NCBI GenBank assembly: GCA_963704015.1
Contig: CAVPGI010000002.1
Coordinates: 36,537-100,536 of the forward strand
Source: an uncultured Gemmatimonadales bacterium
GTDB lineage: Bacteria; Gemmatimonadota; Gemmatimonadetes; Gemmatimonadales; GWC2-71-9
Length of the DNA stretch: 64,000 bases
Reading direction: 5' to 3'
Below are positions 40,190-48,366 of this stretch, piece by piece. A program made the position numbers and the translations under genes. The notes beneath the pieces are model-generated. The model saw only the letters and a list, made by a program, of their open reading frames with translations, had not been told where the DNA came from and made no database searches. The stretch's first letter is position 1. Each line of letters opens with the position of its first letter.

Positions 40190-41251
40190 CTAGCCGCGCC
40201 GCGTGACTCGGATGGCGCCCGGGGCTCCCGGTACGACGGATCCAATAATGGATGCCGCTGGGGTTCCGACCGCCGCGAGCGTCGCAACCAGGCCGGCGAC
40301 CTCGTCGCCCGGCACGGCCAGCAGCAGGCCCCCCGAAGTCTGGGCGTCCGCCAGAAGCTGGCGCTCGACGGTCGTGATTCCGTCCTCCCAGGTCGTCTGG
40401 CTCGCCGCCTGGAGGTTCCGGGCCGTCCCGCCAGGCACGGCCCCTTGGCCCGCCAGCTCCAGGGCGTTGCGCAACTTGGGAACGCGGTCGAGGCGCAGCT
40501 CCGCTGCGACCCCACTCGCTTCCAGCATCTGGCCCAGATGTCCCAACAGCCCGAACCCGGTGACGTCGGTCCCTGCGCAAACCCCATGCGCCAGGGCGGC
40601 TCGCGAGGCGTCGCGGTTCAGGGTCGTCATGCATCGGATCGCCTCGGCCAGGTCCGCTTCGGCGATGAGGTCCCGCTTTCGGGCGGTGGTCAGGATTCCG
40701 GTTCCCAGTGGCTTGGTCAGCACCAGCTGGTCCCCGGGCCGGGCGGCCGCGTTGGTGAGCAGCCGATCCGGCCGGGCCTCGCCGATCACCGCCATGCCGA
40801 ACAGCGGCTCGACCACATCCACCGAATGGCCGCCCAGGACCAGGCACCCCGCTTCCTGGCAGATCTCCAATGCCCCGGCGATGACGTCTCCCAGCAGCTC
40901 GAAGGGGACCTTCTCCCGGGGCCACCCCACCAGGTTGAGGGCGAAAAGCGGCTCGCCTCCCATCGCATACACGTCGCTGATGGCGTTGGTGGCTGCGATC
41001 CGTCCCCAGGCTCCGGCGTCGTCCACGATCGGCGTGAAGAAGTCCACCGTGGCCACCAGCGCGCGCTCGGCTGAGAGGCGAAATACGGCGGCGTCGTCTC
41101 GCGTCGCCGCGTCGACCAGGACCCGGGCATCGTCGATGCCGGGCAGATGCTGGAGCACCTTGGCGAGGTCGGCGGAGCCGAGCTTGCAGGCGCACCCCGC
41201 GCCGTGGGAGAAGGTGGTGAGGCGAACCGGAGCAGTGATGGAATCAGCCAT
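40190..41251 (-). CDS. selD: Selenide, water dikinase (Cys-type)
   Basis: SHGAGCACK N-terminal motif, AIR-synthase-like fold motifs; intact ORF. Confidence 0.75.
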   Translation of the reverse strand: MADSITAPVRLTTFSHGAGCACKLGSADLAKVLQHLPGIDDARVLVDAATRDDAAVFRLSAERALVATVDFFTPIVDDAGAWGRIAATNAISDVYAMGGEPLFALNLVGWPREKVPFELLGDVIAGALEICQEAGCLVLGGHSVDVVEPLFGMAVIGEARPDRLLTNAAARPGDQLVLTKPLGTGILTTARKRDLIAEADLAEAIRCMTTLNRDASRAALAHGVCAGTDVTGFGLLGHLGQMLEASGVAAELRLDRVPKLRNALELAGQGAVPGGTARNLQAASQTTWEDGITTVERQLLADAQTSGGLLLAVPGDEVAGLVATLAAVGTPAASIIGSVVPGAPGAIRVTRRG

Positions 41252-41342
41252 GATCGTATCGATGGGTCGAATGGTCTCGTCCTGAAGTATACTAGAGCCC
41301 ATGGGGTTCACCGACGGCCTCCTCCTGATTCGGTGTTGAGAC

Positions 41343-42062
41343 ATGGATTCGGTCCTGGTAACGCTGGTCACCGCGTTTACCCTCGGCTTCCTGCACGCGC
41401 TGGAGGTCGACCACATGATCGCCGTCTCCACTTTCGTGAGCCGGCGGCCCCTTCTCCGCAGCGCCGCGGAGTTCGGCGTCCGGTGGGGAGTGGGGCATTC
41501 GATCGCCGTGCTCCTGCTGGGCGGAGTCCTCCTCCTGACGGGAGTCCGCTGGCCCGCCCGTTACGACGCGATCGGGGAGGCGGCCGTGGGCATCATGCTG
41601 ATGGGCCTCGGGATCTGGGCCTTTCGCGCCGCGCGCCGGTTGCATCTCCACTCACCCGAGGAACACGGGGGACATCTGCACCTCCACGCGCATGGCGCGC
41701 AACCGCCGGTGCACCAGCATCCTCACGGCCCAGGCCATTCCGGAGAACAGGCGCATCACCATGGGCACGGGGTCACCTTGGTGGGGCTGCTTCACGGGTT
41801 CTCCGGTACCAGCGCCGTGGTCGCCCTGGTCCCGGTGGTGCTGATTCGGCGAATCGGCCTGGGCTTGGGATACCTGGCTGCCTTTGGTGTGGGGGTCACG
41901 CTGGGGATGATGCTCTACGCGATGATCGCCGCACTGGCGATTCGTTACGCCGCCGAACGCTCGATGCAGTGGGGTCGGCGCATTGGGATGGCGGTCGGTG
42001 CGGCGGGCGTGCTGGTCGGAGTGGGGTGGGTGGTGGGTGCGGTCAGCGGGTTGATGCGCTGA
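41343..42062 (+). CDS. NicO / RcnA-like nickel/cobalt transporter-family membrane protein with His-rich loop
   Basis: GFLHALEVDHMIAV motif; central HLHLHAHGAQPPVHQHPHGPGHSGEQAHHHGHG. Confidence 0.6.
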   Translation: MDSVLVTLVTAFTLGFLHALEVDHMIAVSTFVSRRPLLRSAAEFGVRWGVGHSIAVLLLGGVLLLTGVRWPARYDAIGEAAVGIMLMGLGIWAFRAARRLHLHSPEEHGGHLHLHAHGAQPPVHQHPHGPGHSGEQAHHHGHGVTLVGLLHGFSGTSAVVALVPVVLIRRIGLGLGYLAAFGVGVTLGMMLYAMIAALAIRYAAERSMQWGRRIGMAVGAAGVLVGVGWVVGAVSGLMR

Positions 42063-42081
42063 GGCTCGACAGCCCGTCCCG

Positions 42082-42465
42082 TTAGGGGATCACCCAGGAG
42101 AGGAACCCGCCGGCCACCACGGTCCGGACGACACCGAGTCCGATCCGGATCCACCGCGCGCGGCTGAGGTCGAAGGTGGCCGGCGACGCGCGGCCGTTGT
42201 AGGCGTCGTCCCGGAATCGGGCGGGCGCTTCCATCAGCAGGCCGAGGAGCAGGAACAGCAGCACCCACCCGCCGTGCCCCAGGCTCGCGAACCACAACGC
42301 CGCGAACATGCTCAGGATGAGCGCCTCGATCAGCAGCAGCCGGAGCAGACCCCGGCGAGGACCGGGCGCCCCCGCGGGTAGCAGGCGGGCGCTTCCCATT
42401 TCCCAGAGGACGAACCAGGTAGCGACGAGCAGCCAGGCCAGGGCCAACCGCGTGAGGGCCACTGA
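42082..42465 (-). CDS. Small membrane protein, hypothetical
   Basis: Three hydrophobic helices; start uncertain. Confidence 0.35.
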   Translation of the reverse strand, partial: SVALTRLALAWLLVATWFVLWEMGSARLLPAGAPGPRRGLLRLLLIEALILSMFAALWFASLGHGGWVLLFLLLGLLMEAPARFRDDAYNGRASPATFDLSRARWIRIGLGVVRTVVAGGFLSWVIP

Positions 42466-42467
42466 GC

Positions 42468-43853
42468 CTACCAGTGGGCGCGGATCGAATCGGCCCGGAG
42501 CAGCAGTCCGCGGACCATCACGCGGTCGATCTTTCGGGTGTTCTCGATGTTTTCCAGCGGATTCGCGGTCAGCACCACCAAGTCGGCCACCTGGCCCGCC
42601 ACCAGCGTGCCGAGGGAGTCGGCACCCAGCAATGCGGCCCCGTTCCGGGTAGCGGCCAGAATGGCATCGCTGGGCGTGAGGCCGGCTTCGACCAGGAGCT
42701 GAAGCTCGGTGTGCTCGCTCAGGCCGGGGATCAGCATCTGGTTGGCTGCATCGGTCCCGGTGGCGACTCGGCCGCCCGCCGCCAGGAATTCCCTCAGGAA
42801 GAGATCCTGCATGGGACGGGACTTCTTGAACGCGGCGTAGTCGGCTTCGGTCCAACCGCCGCGAGCCTTGAGATCGGGCAGGTTCCAGCGATTGATCTCC
42901 TCCGGAGGCACCACCTTGAGATTGGGGTCGAGCAGGAGGCCGGGATCGTCCAGCCGACTGTAGGTGTCGTGGAGCACCAGCGTGGGTACCATGACCACCC
43001 TGGCCCGGGCCAGCTCGTCGGCCACCCGGCCCAGGGCCGCCGAATCGAGTCCGGCCCAGCTGCGCTCGGTGTAATTCCAGCCCTGGAAGAATCCCGCACG
43101 ATGGGCCGCGTAGAACTTGGACGCGTCTTTGCTCGCCGCCTCCGGGATCCCGGTCAAATGCTCGATGGAGCGGACACCCAGCTTGGCGGCCGTGACGGCA
43201 TCGGTGAGCCCCAGGTGCGCGGCCACCGGCACACGGAAGGTTCCCGCCTCGTCGGTGATGGCCCGGAGAAGCGGTGGAGTGATCCGGGTGTAGGTCTTGA
43301 TGAAATCCACCCCGGCGAGGACCAGCGTGTCCACCGCCCGTCTCGCCTCGTCCTCGTCCTGCACCTGGGCGGCGTTTCCGTAAGTCGCCGGCTTGCCGTC
43401 CAGCATGCTCCCGGCGATGTAGAGCCGCGGGGCCAGCATCCCGCCCAGGTTGGCTTGGTCTCGTAAGGTGAGGATGGAATCCCGCTGACTGTGGAGATCG
43501 CGAACGGTCGTCACCCCGTAGGCCAGGTACCGCGCCAGCGCCCAGCGGGCGGTGTGTCCATGGGCATCGATGAGGCCGGGGATGATCCAGCGCCCCGAGA
43601 CATCTACCTCCACCGCGGTCTTGGGGAGTTTGAATTCGGATTGGGGCACCACGTCCTCGATCCGGGTCCCATGCACCAGGATGACCATGTCGGACCGGGG
43701 TGCCGCGCCGGTCCCGTCGATCAGCGTTGCGCCGACCAGGGCCACCCGATCCTTGGGCGTCGGTTTGCACGCGGCCAGGGCGAGGGCCGCCCAGGCCACG
43801 GCGCGGAGGGTTCTAGTCGGAAGAGGAATGATCATGCAGGATCTTCCAACCAT
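42468..43853 (-). CDS. Amidohydrolase-family lipoprotein (metal-dependent hydrolase)
   Basis: Lipobox ALAAC; IPGLIDAHGH...; intact 461 aa. Confidence 0.7.
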   Translation of the reverse strand: MVGRSCMIIPLPTRTLRAVAWAALALAACKPTPKDRVALVGATLIDGTGAAPRSDMVILVHGTRIEDVVPQSEFKLPKTAVEVDVSGRWIIPGLIDAHGHTARWALARYLAYGVTTVRDLHSQRDSILTLRDQANLGGMLAPRLYIAGSMLDGKPATYGNAAQVQDEDEARRAVDTLVLAGVDFIKTYTRITPPLLRAITDEAGTFRVPVAAHLGLTDAVTAAKLGVRSIEHLTGIPEAASKDASKFYAAHRAGFFQGWNYTERSWAGLDSAALGRVADELARARVVMVPTLVLHDTYSRLDDPGLLLDPNLKVVPPEEINRWNLPDLKARGGWTEADYAAFKKSRPMQDLFLREFLAAGGRVATGTDAANQMLIPGLSEHTELQLLVEAGLTPSDAILAATRNGAALLGADSLGTLVAGQVADLVVLTANPLENIENTRKIDRVMVRGLLLRADSIRAHW

Positions 43854-44271
43854 CGGGTCGCTGCTCCATCACCAGCGTGAATGGGCCGCTGGCTGTGGTC
43901 TGGCCTCCGTGCACCAGCACGAAGCGCGCCGTCACCAGCGCCAACGTCGGACTCAATGGACGAGCGTCGATCTCCTCGAACCGAAGGCTGTCGCGGGTCG
44001 CCCCAGGGGCGAACCTCGGCGCATAGTGTGCGCGAATGAATTCCAGACCTCGATGGAGGTGTCCCTGCGCGAAGAAGGTAGGCAGGCTGTCCGGCGCGTA
44101 ATCGCTCAGGAAACTCTCCAGATCACCGCGGTTCCAGTCCTGGGCCGAGCGATTCAGCTGCGCGACGATCAAACCGGTGAGTGCCTGGCGGTCGGGAAGC
44201 GAGGCATGGTCGGGGCCGGGATGTGTGCATGCCGCCAATAGGGCTGCAAGAATGAGCCTCAGTCGCGTCAT
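43813..44271 (-). CDS. SnoaL-like / DUF4440 (NTF2-fold) lipoprotein
   Basis: Signal peptide MTRLRLILAALLAAC; NTF2-like size. Confidence 0.45.
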   Translation of the reverse strand: MTRLRLILAALLAACTHPGPDHASLPDRQALTGLIVAQLNRSAQDWNRGDLESFLSDYAPDSLPTFFAQGHLHRGLEFIRAHYAPRFAPGATRDSLRFEEIDARPLSPTLALVTARFVLVHGGQTTASGPFTLVMEQRPDGWKILHDHSSSD

Positions 44272-44353
44272 GCAGGCTCCGTCGCAGGGCAGGTCAAAGC
44301 TGAGCAGGCCCTGCGACCGGCGCAAGGCCTCGACGCCCATCCGTGAGCCTCGC

Positions 44354-45652
44354 TCATCGCTGCACTGCCAACGTTGGGTCCTCACTCGATGCCGCGGCCG
44401 TGGCGTTCATCGGGTTTCCCCAGCCCAGCTCCCACCGGAACCAGAACAGGCCTGCCAGCAGGAAGAATCCGGCATAGGTGACGATCGATCCCATCTCCAG
44501 TCGTCCTGCGATGGCACCACCCCACAGGTCACGAGAGGTCCCGTAACCCAGCAACGCTGCGCCCAACGCGACGACGCCCAACGTCCGCCGAACCCGGACC
44601 GCAAAGACAGGCGAGCGGTAGCCGGCGAAGAGGACAGTGCAGGGCAGTAGCAGGCTTACCAGGTGATGCTTCCAGGTCACGGTGCCGAAGAAGCCGGCCA
44701 CGAGGAAGACGACGCTCCATTCACAGAGCTCGCCCCATCGCGCCTTGGCTCCGCCCCGAAACAGGGCTATCGCCAGGACCGTCACCGTGGCGATGGACGC
44801 CAACCACGCCACCCGCACGGCAGGGTCGCCCGATTTGGGGAGGTCGACGATGCCAGCGACCGTGAACGGGAGCATGCCATGGCCGAGTATTCGGTCCCAC
44901 ATGGCGAAGACCGACTGGTTGTACTTGCCCACCCCCCATCCCACCTGGAGGACGGACGCCCAGTTGGAGAGATAGTGCCAGAAACGGCTCCAGCCATAGA
45001 CCAGGATCGGGCTCAAGGACAGCAGGGCAGTCCAGCCCGTGGTCCAGGCCGCCGCGCGCCACTTCCGGCGGTACACGAAGTAGGCAATGAACAGGACCGG
45101 CGTCACCTTCATCGCGATGGAGGCTCCCAGCGCCAGGCCTCCCGCTCGGGGGCGATCGGACGCGAAGAGGGAGAGCCCGAACAACGCGAGGGTGAAGACC
45201 AGGAGATCCACCTGGGAATATTCGAAGACGGCGGTGACGAAGGGCCCGGCGAGAATCAGCGGCACCAGAATCTCAGGCGAAGTGACGGTCAGGGCCGTGT
45301 CGGAGAACCCGACCGTGAATGAGCGTTGGTAGATCAGCCGCGCCAGCAGGCTCATCACCCACAACAGCATCGCGTAATTGAGGAGGAGCCAGGTGCCCTG
45401 GGCCAGCGTCCGACCTGCCTTGACCGCCACGGCCAGGACGGCGCAGAAGAAGCTGAAGAAGGGAGGCCAGGTGTTGACGCCTGGCGGCGTATCGGCGTAG
45501 ATGTCCTGGCCGCCCAGGACCGCGTTCCCCACCTCGAGGTAGTGATGGAAGTCGACGTCTCTTCCGACCCAGCTGACCAGACCGCCGACCGCCAGGAGCA
45601 GCAAGAGAAGCCGGAGGCCGCGCTCCCGGGCCATGCGGGCAATCACTCGCAC
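44354..45652 (-). CDS. Glycosyltransferase family 87 (DUF2029) integral membrane mannosyltransferase-like protein
   Basis: Polytopic; GT87-like conserved loops; intact 432 aa. Confidence 0.55.
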   Translation of the reverse strand: MRVIARMARERGLRLLLLLLAVGGLVSWVGRDVDFHHYLEVGNAVLGGQDIYADTPPGVNTWPPFFSFFCAVLAVAVKAGRTLAQGTWLLLNYAMLLWVMSLLARLIYQRSFTVGFSDTALTVTSPEILVPLILAGPFVTAVFEYSQVDLLVFTLALFGLSLFASDRPRAGGLALGASIAMKVTPVLFIAYFVYRRKWRAAAWTTGWTALLSLSPILVYGWSRFWHYLSNWASVLQVGWGVGKYNQSVFAMWDRILGHGMLPFTVAGIVDLPKSGDPAVRVAWLASIATVTVLAIALFRGGAKARWGELCEWSVVFLVAGFFGTVTWKHHLVSLLLPCTVLFAGYRSPVFAVRVRRTLGVVALGAALLGYGTSRDLWGGAIAGRLEMGSIVTYAGFFLLAGLFWFRWELGWGNPMNATAAASSEDPTLAVQR

Positions 45653-45743
45653 CTTCCCCGGCTGGCCTGGAGCTCAGAGGGGGCCGGAAGCAAAAGCGCC
45701 CCGGGTTGCCCCGGGGCGCCAGATTGGTCGCTGTTTACCAGCA

Positions 45744-46058
45744 CTAGCGCCGTTTCTTCCTCGCGGTCCTCTTGGCTTTCCGAACCACCCGTCTCACTTT
45801 GCGCTTCACCCTCCGCACGACCCGGCGCACTTTCCGCTTCACCACTCTCTTCTTGACCCGTGCCTTGGTCTTCTTGGCCGCCTTCTTGACGGCCTTGCGG
45901 ACCTTCTTGGCCGCCACCTTGGGGCGCCCTGCGGAACTGGCCATCGGTGAGGCCGGAGTCGAGTAAGCGGGAGCCGGCTCGGGCTCGTGTGGCATCGGGG
46001 CGGGATCCATCCAACCGGAACCGGACCAGCCCATCTCCATATTTCTCAGCTCGGCCAT
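45744..46058 (-). CDS. Histone H1-like basic protein (Lys/Arg/Val/Ala tail, tandem repeats)
   Basis: C-terminal KKVRKAVKKAAKKTKARVKKRVVKRKVRRVVRRVKRKVRRVVRKAKRTARKKRR, encoded by about 24-nt DNA tandem repeats. Confidence 0.6.
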   Translation of the reverse strand: MAELRNMEMGWSGSGWMDPAPMPHEPEPAPAYSTPASPMASSAGRPKVAAKKVRKAVKKAAKKTKARVKKRVVKRKVRRVVRRVKRKVRRVVRKAKRTARKKRR

Positions 46059-46270
46059 CGTCGCTTCCTCCGGGAGCAATCACGGCGCGACCCGCCGCTG
46101 GTATCGAGGCGCTGACGCGCCTTCTAGTCTCGACCGAGGGTAAGATGTACTGCGAGCCTCGCGAATGTGCAAGACGGCTGCGGCGCCTCGACAGAAGCGG
46201 CCGACGCGCTGAGCCGCCGAGGCTCGAGCGCCGGGGCCGTTCTGGGATCGCTCGCCGCGCCCTTACTTGC

Positions 46271-46292
46271 TAATACGTTATTAGGCAACGAG
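46271..46292. promoter_or_regulatory. Imperfect palindrome TTGCTAATACGTTATTAGGCAA directly upstream of the hydrolase start; candidate operator
   Basis: Read directly; lies 17 nt before ATG 46309. Confidence 0.3.
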
Positions 46293-46308
46293 TTACGGGG
46301 GCCATCGA

Positions 46309-48366
46309 ATGCCTTACGCCATCGCGCTCTGGACCACCCTCTCGCTGACCCTGGCGGCCGTTCCCGCGCCACGTACCGCTCCCTCGGCTGTGGGCGGCGA
46401 CTCCTTGTACGCGTTCACCATCGAGCACGGCTGGCTCCGGATGAAAGACGGCGTCCGCCTCGCCGTCACCTACTTCCGGCCCAGGCCCCGCGGAACCGAG
46501 TCGTTCCCGGTTCTCCTGGAATACTTGCCCTATCGCAAAGACGATTCGTTCTACCGGCGGGACTATCCGCTGTACGCTTACTTCGTGCGCCGCGGATTCC
46601 TGCTCGCCAAGGTGGACATCCGGGGGACCGGCGGCTCGGAGGGCGTGGTTCCGGAACGCGAATACTCCAAGGTCGAGCTGGATGACGGGGTCGAAATCAT
46701 CCGCCAGTTGGCGCGGATTCCCGGGTCCAGCGGCGCGGTCGGCATGTGGGGCATTTCCTGGGGCGGCTTCAACGCGCTTCAGGTCGCCATGCGCCGGCCT
46801 CCGGAGCTGCGGGCCATCCTGGCGCTCCATGCCTCGGACGATCTCTACCACGACGACGTGCGGTATATCGACGGTGGGTTGCACCTGGATCCGTACACCC
46901 TGGAGATCGATCACGAGAATGGGCTGCCGCGGACCCCGGACTACCCCCTCGACTCCGCCTACTTCCGCGATCGGTTCAACGCCTATCCCTGGGTACTCAC
47001 CTACCTGAAGCATCCGGTGGATGGAGACTTCTGGCGCCAGTCCGCGCCACGATCGGACTACGACGCCATCAACGTCCCCTGCTACCTGATCGGCGGCCTG
47101 CTGGACGGCTACCGGGACACGCCCCTTCGCCTGCTGGAACACCTCAAGGGGCCGGTGAAGGTGGAAATCGGCCCCTGGAACCACGCCTGGCCCGACAACG
47201 GCACGCCGGGACCGAACTACGAATGGCGGGAGCGAGCGGTGCGCTGGTGGAACCACTGGCTCCGCCAACAGGATACCGGCCTCCTCGAGGAGCCTCCATT
47301 CATCGTCTTCGTCCGGGCCGGCCATCCCCCGGACGCCACGCTGGCGATGACCCCAGGCACCTGGCGGCAAGGCCAATGGCCGCTGCCGGGCGCCACGACG
47401 GCCATCTGGTTCCCGGCCCCCGGCCACCGGTTGCTGGCCGATTCCGGTGCCGCCGGTGTCGACAGCCTGCGCTACCTCTCGGGTTTCGGGACCGTGGCCG
47501 GCGATTGGTGGGGCGAACCGACCGGGGACATGCGGACCGATGACGCCGGGAGCCTGGTGTATGACGGCGAAGCCCTCGGTGAGCCGCTGGTCCTGATCGG
47601 CACCCCCAAGGTGCGACTCCGCGTCTCTGCCGGAGCGCCACTGGCTAATTGGACGGCGCGTCTGGAAGACGTCGGCCCCGATGGGCCGGTGTCCCTGGTG
47701 ACCGGCGGCGTGATCAACGGCACCCAGCGCGAATCCACCCTCGCACCGAAGCGTCTCGAGCCCGGCCGAATCTACGACCTGGAGATTCCGCTCCATTTCA
47801 CCACCTGGACTTTCCAGCCCGGCCACCGCATCCGGCTGGCCGTCGCCAACGCGCAGTTCCCCATGATCTGGCCCACGCCCTTTCCGATGACGACCAGTCT
47901 CTGGTTGGGGACCGGCGCCACGCGATTGGAGCTCCCGGTGGTGACGGAAGATCCGGGGCCCCCGCCCCGGCTCCCCGATCCCGCGCCGCGGGAAAGCCGG
48001 CCCGACGCACGGACCCTGTCGGGAGCACCGCCGACCGTGAGCCGGGTGATCGTCGACCAGCTGGGGCACACCACCGGGGTGGAGCTCTCGACCGGTGATC
48101 GGTTCACCATCGGCAACCGGCGGTTCGACAACCGGGAGCGGGAGTGGTATCAGACCAGCGAGCTCGATCCGGCCGACTCCCGTTTCCTCGGTGAAGAGAG
48201 CCACCGGATCCAGCTTCCGGGCGGGCGAGTGACGCTCAAGACTTCCATCGACGTCCATTCCGATTCGGCGGCGTTCCATGTGACGGTGACCCGCCGGATC
48301 TACCGGGACGATCGCCTGGTGCGAGAGCGGAGCTGGAAGGAATCGATTCCCAGGGAATTTCATTGA
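46309..48366 (+). CDS. CocE/NonD-family hydrolase (S15 X-Pro dipeptidyl-peptidase-like alpha/beta hydrolase)
   Basis: GISWGGF nucleophile elbow; intact 685 aa with signal peptide. Confidence 0.7.
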   Translation: MPYAIALWTTLSLTLAAVPAPRTAPSAVGGDSLYAFTIEHGWLRMKDGVRLAVTYFRPRPRGTESFPVLLEYLPYRKDDSFYRRDYPLYAYFVRRGFLLAKVDIRGTGGSEGVVPEREYSKVELDDGVEIIRQLARIPGSSGAVGMWGISWGGFNALQVAMRRPPELRAILALHASDDLYHDDVRYIDGGLHLDPYTLEIDHENGLPRTPDYPLDSAYFRDRFNAYPWVLTYLKHPVDGDFWRQSAPRSDYDAINVPCYLIGGLLDGYRDTPLRLLEHLKGPVKVEIGPWNHAWPDNGTPGPNYEWRERAVRWWNHWLRQQDTGLLEEPPFIVFVRAGHPPDATLAMTPGTWRQGQWPLPGATTAIWFPAPGHRLLADSGAAGVDSLRYLSGFGTVAGDWWGEPTGDMRTDDAGSLVYDGEALGEPLVLIGTPKVRLRVSAGAPLANWTARLEDVGPDGPVSLVTGGVINGTQRESTLAPKRLEPGRIYDLEIPLHFTTWTFQPGHRIRLAVANAQFPMIWPTPFPMTTSLWLGTGATRLELPVVTEDPGPPPRLPDPAPRESRPDARTLSGAPPTVSRVIVDQLGHTTGVELSTGDRFTIGNRRFDNREREWYQTSELDPADSRFLGEESHRIQLPGGRVTLKTSIDVHSDSAAFHVTVTRRIYRDDRLVRERSWKESIPREFH

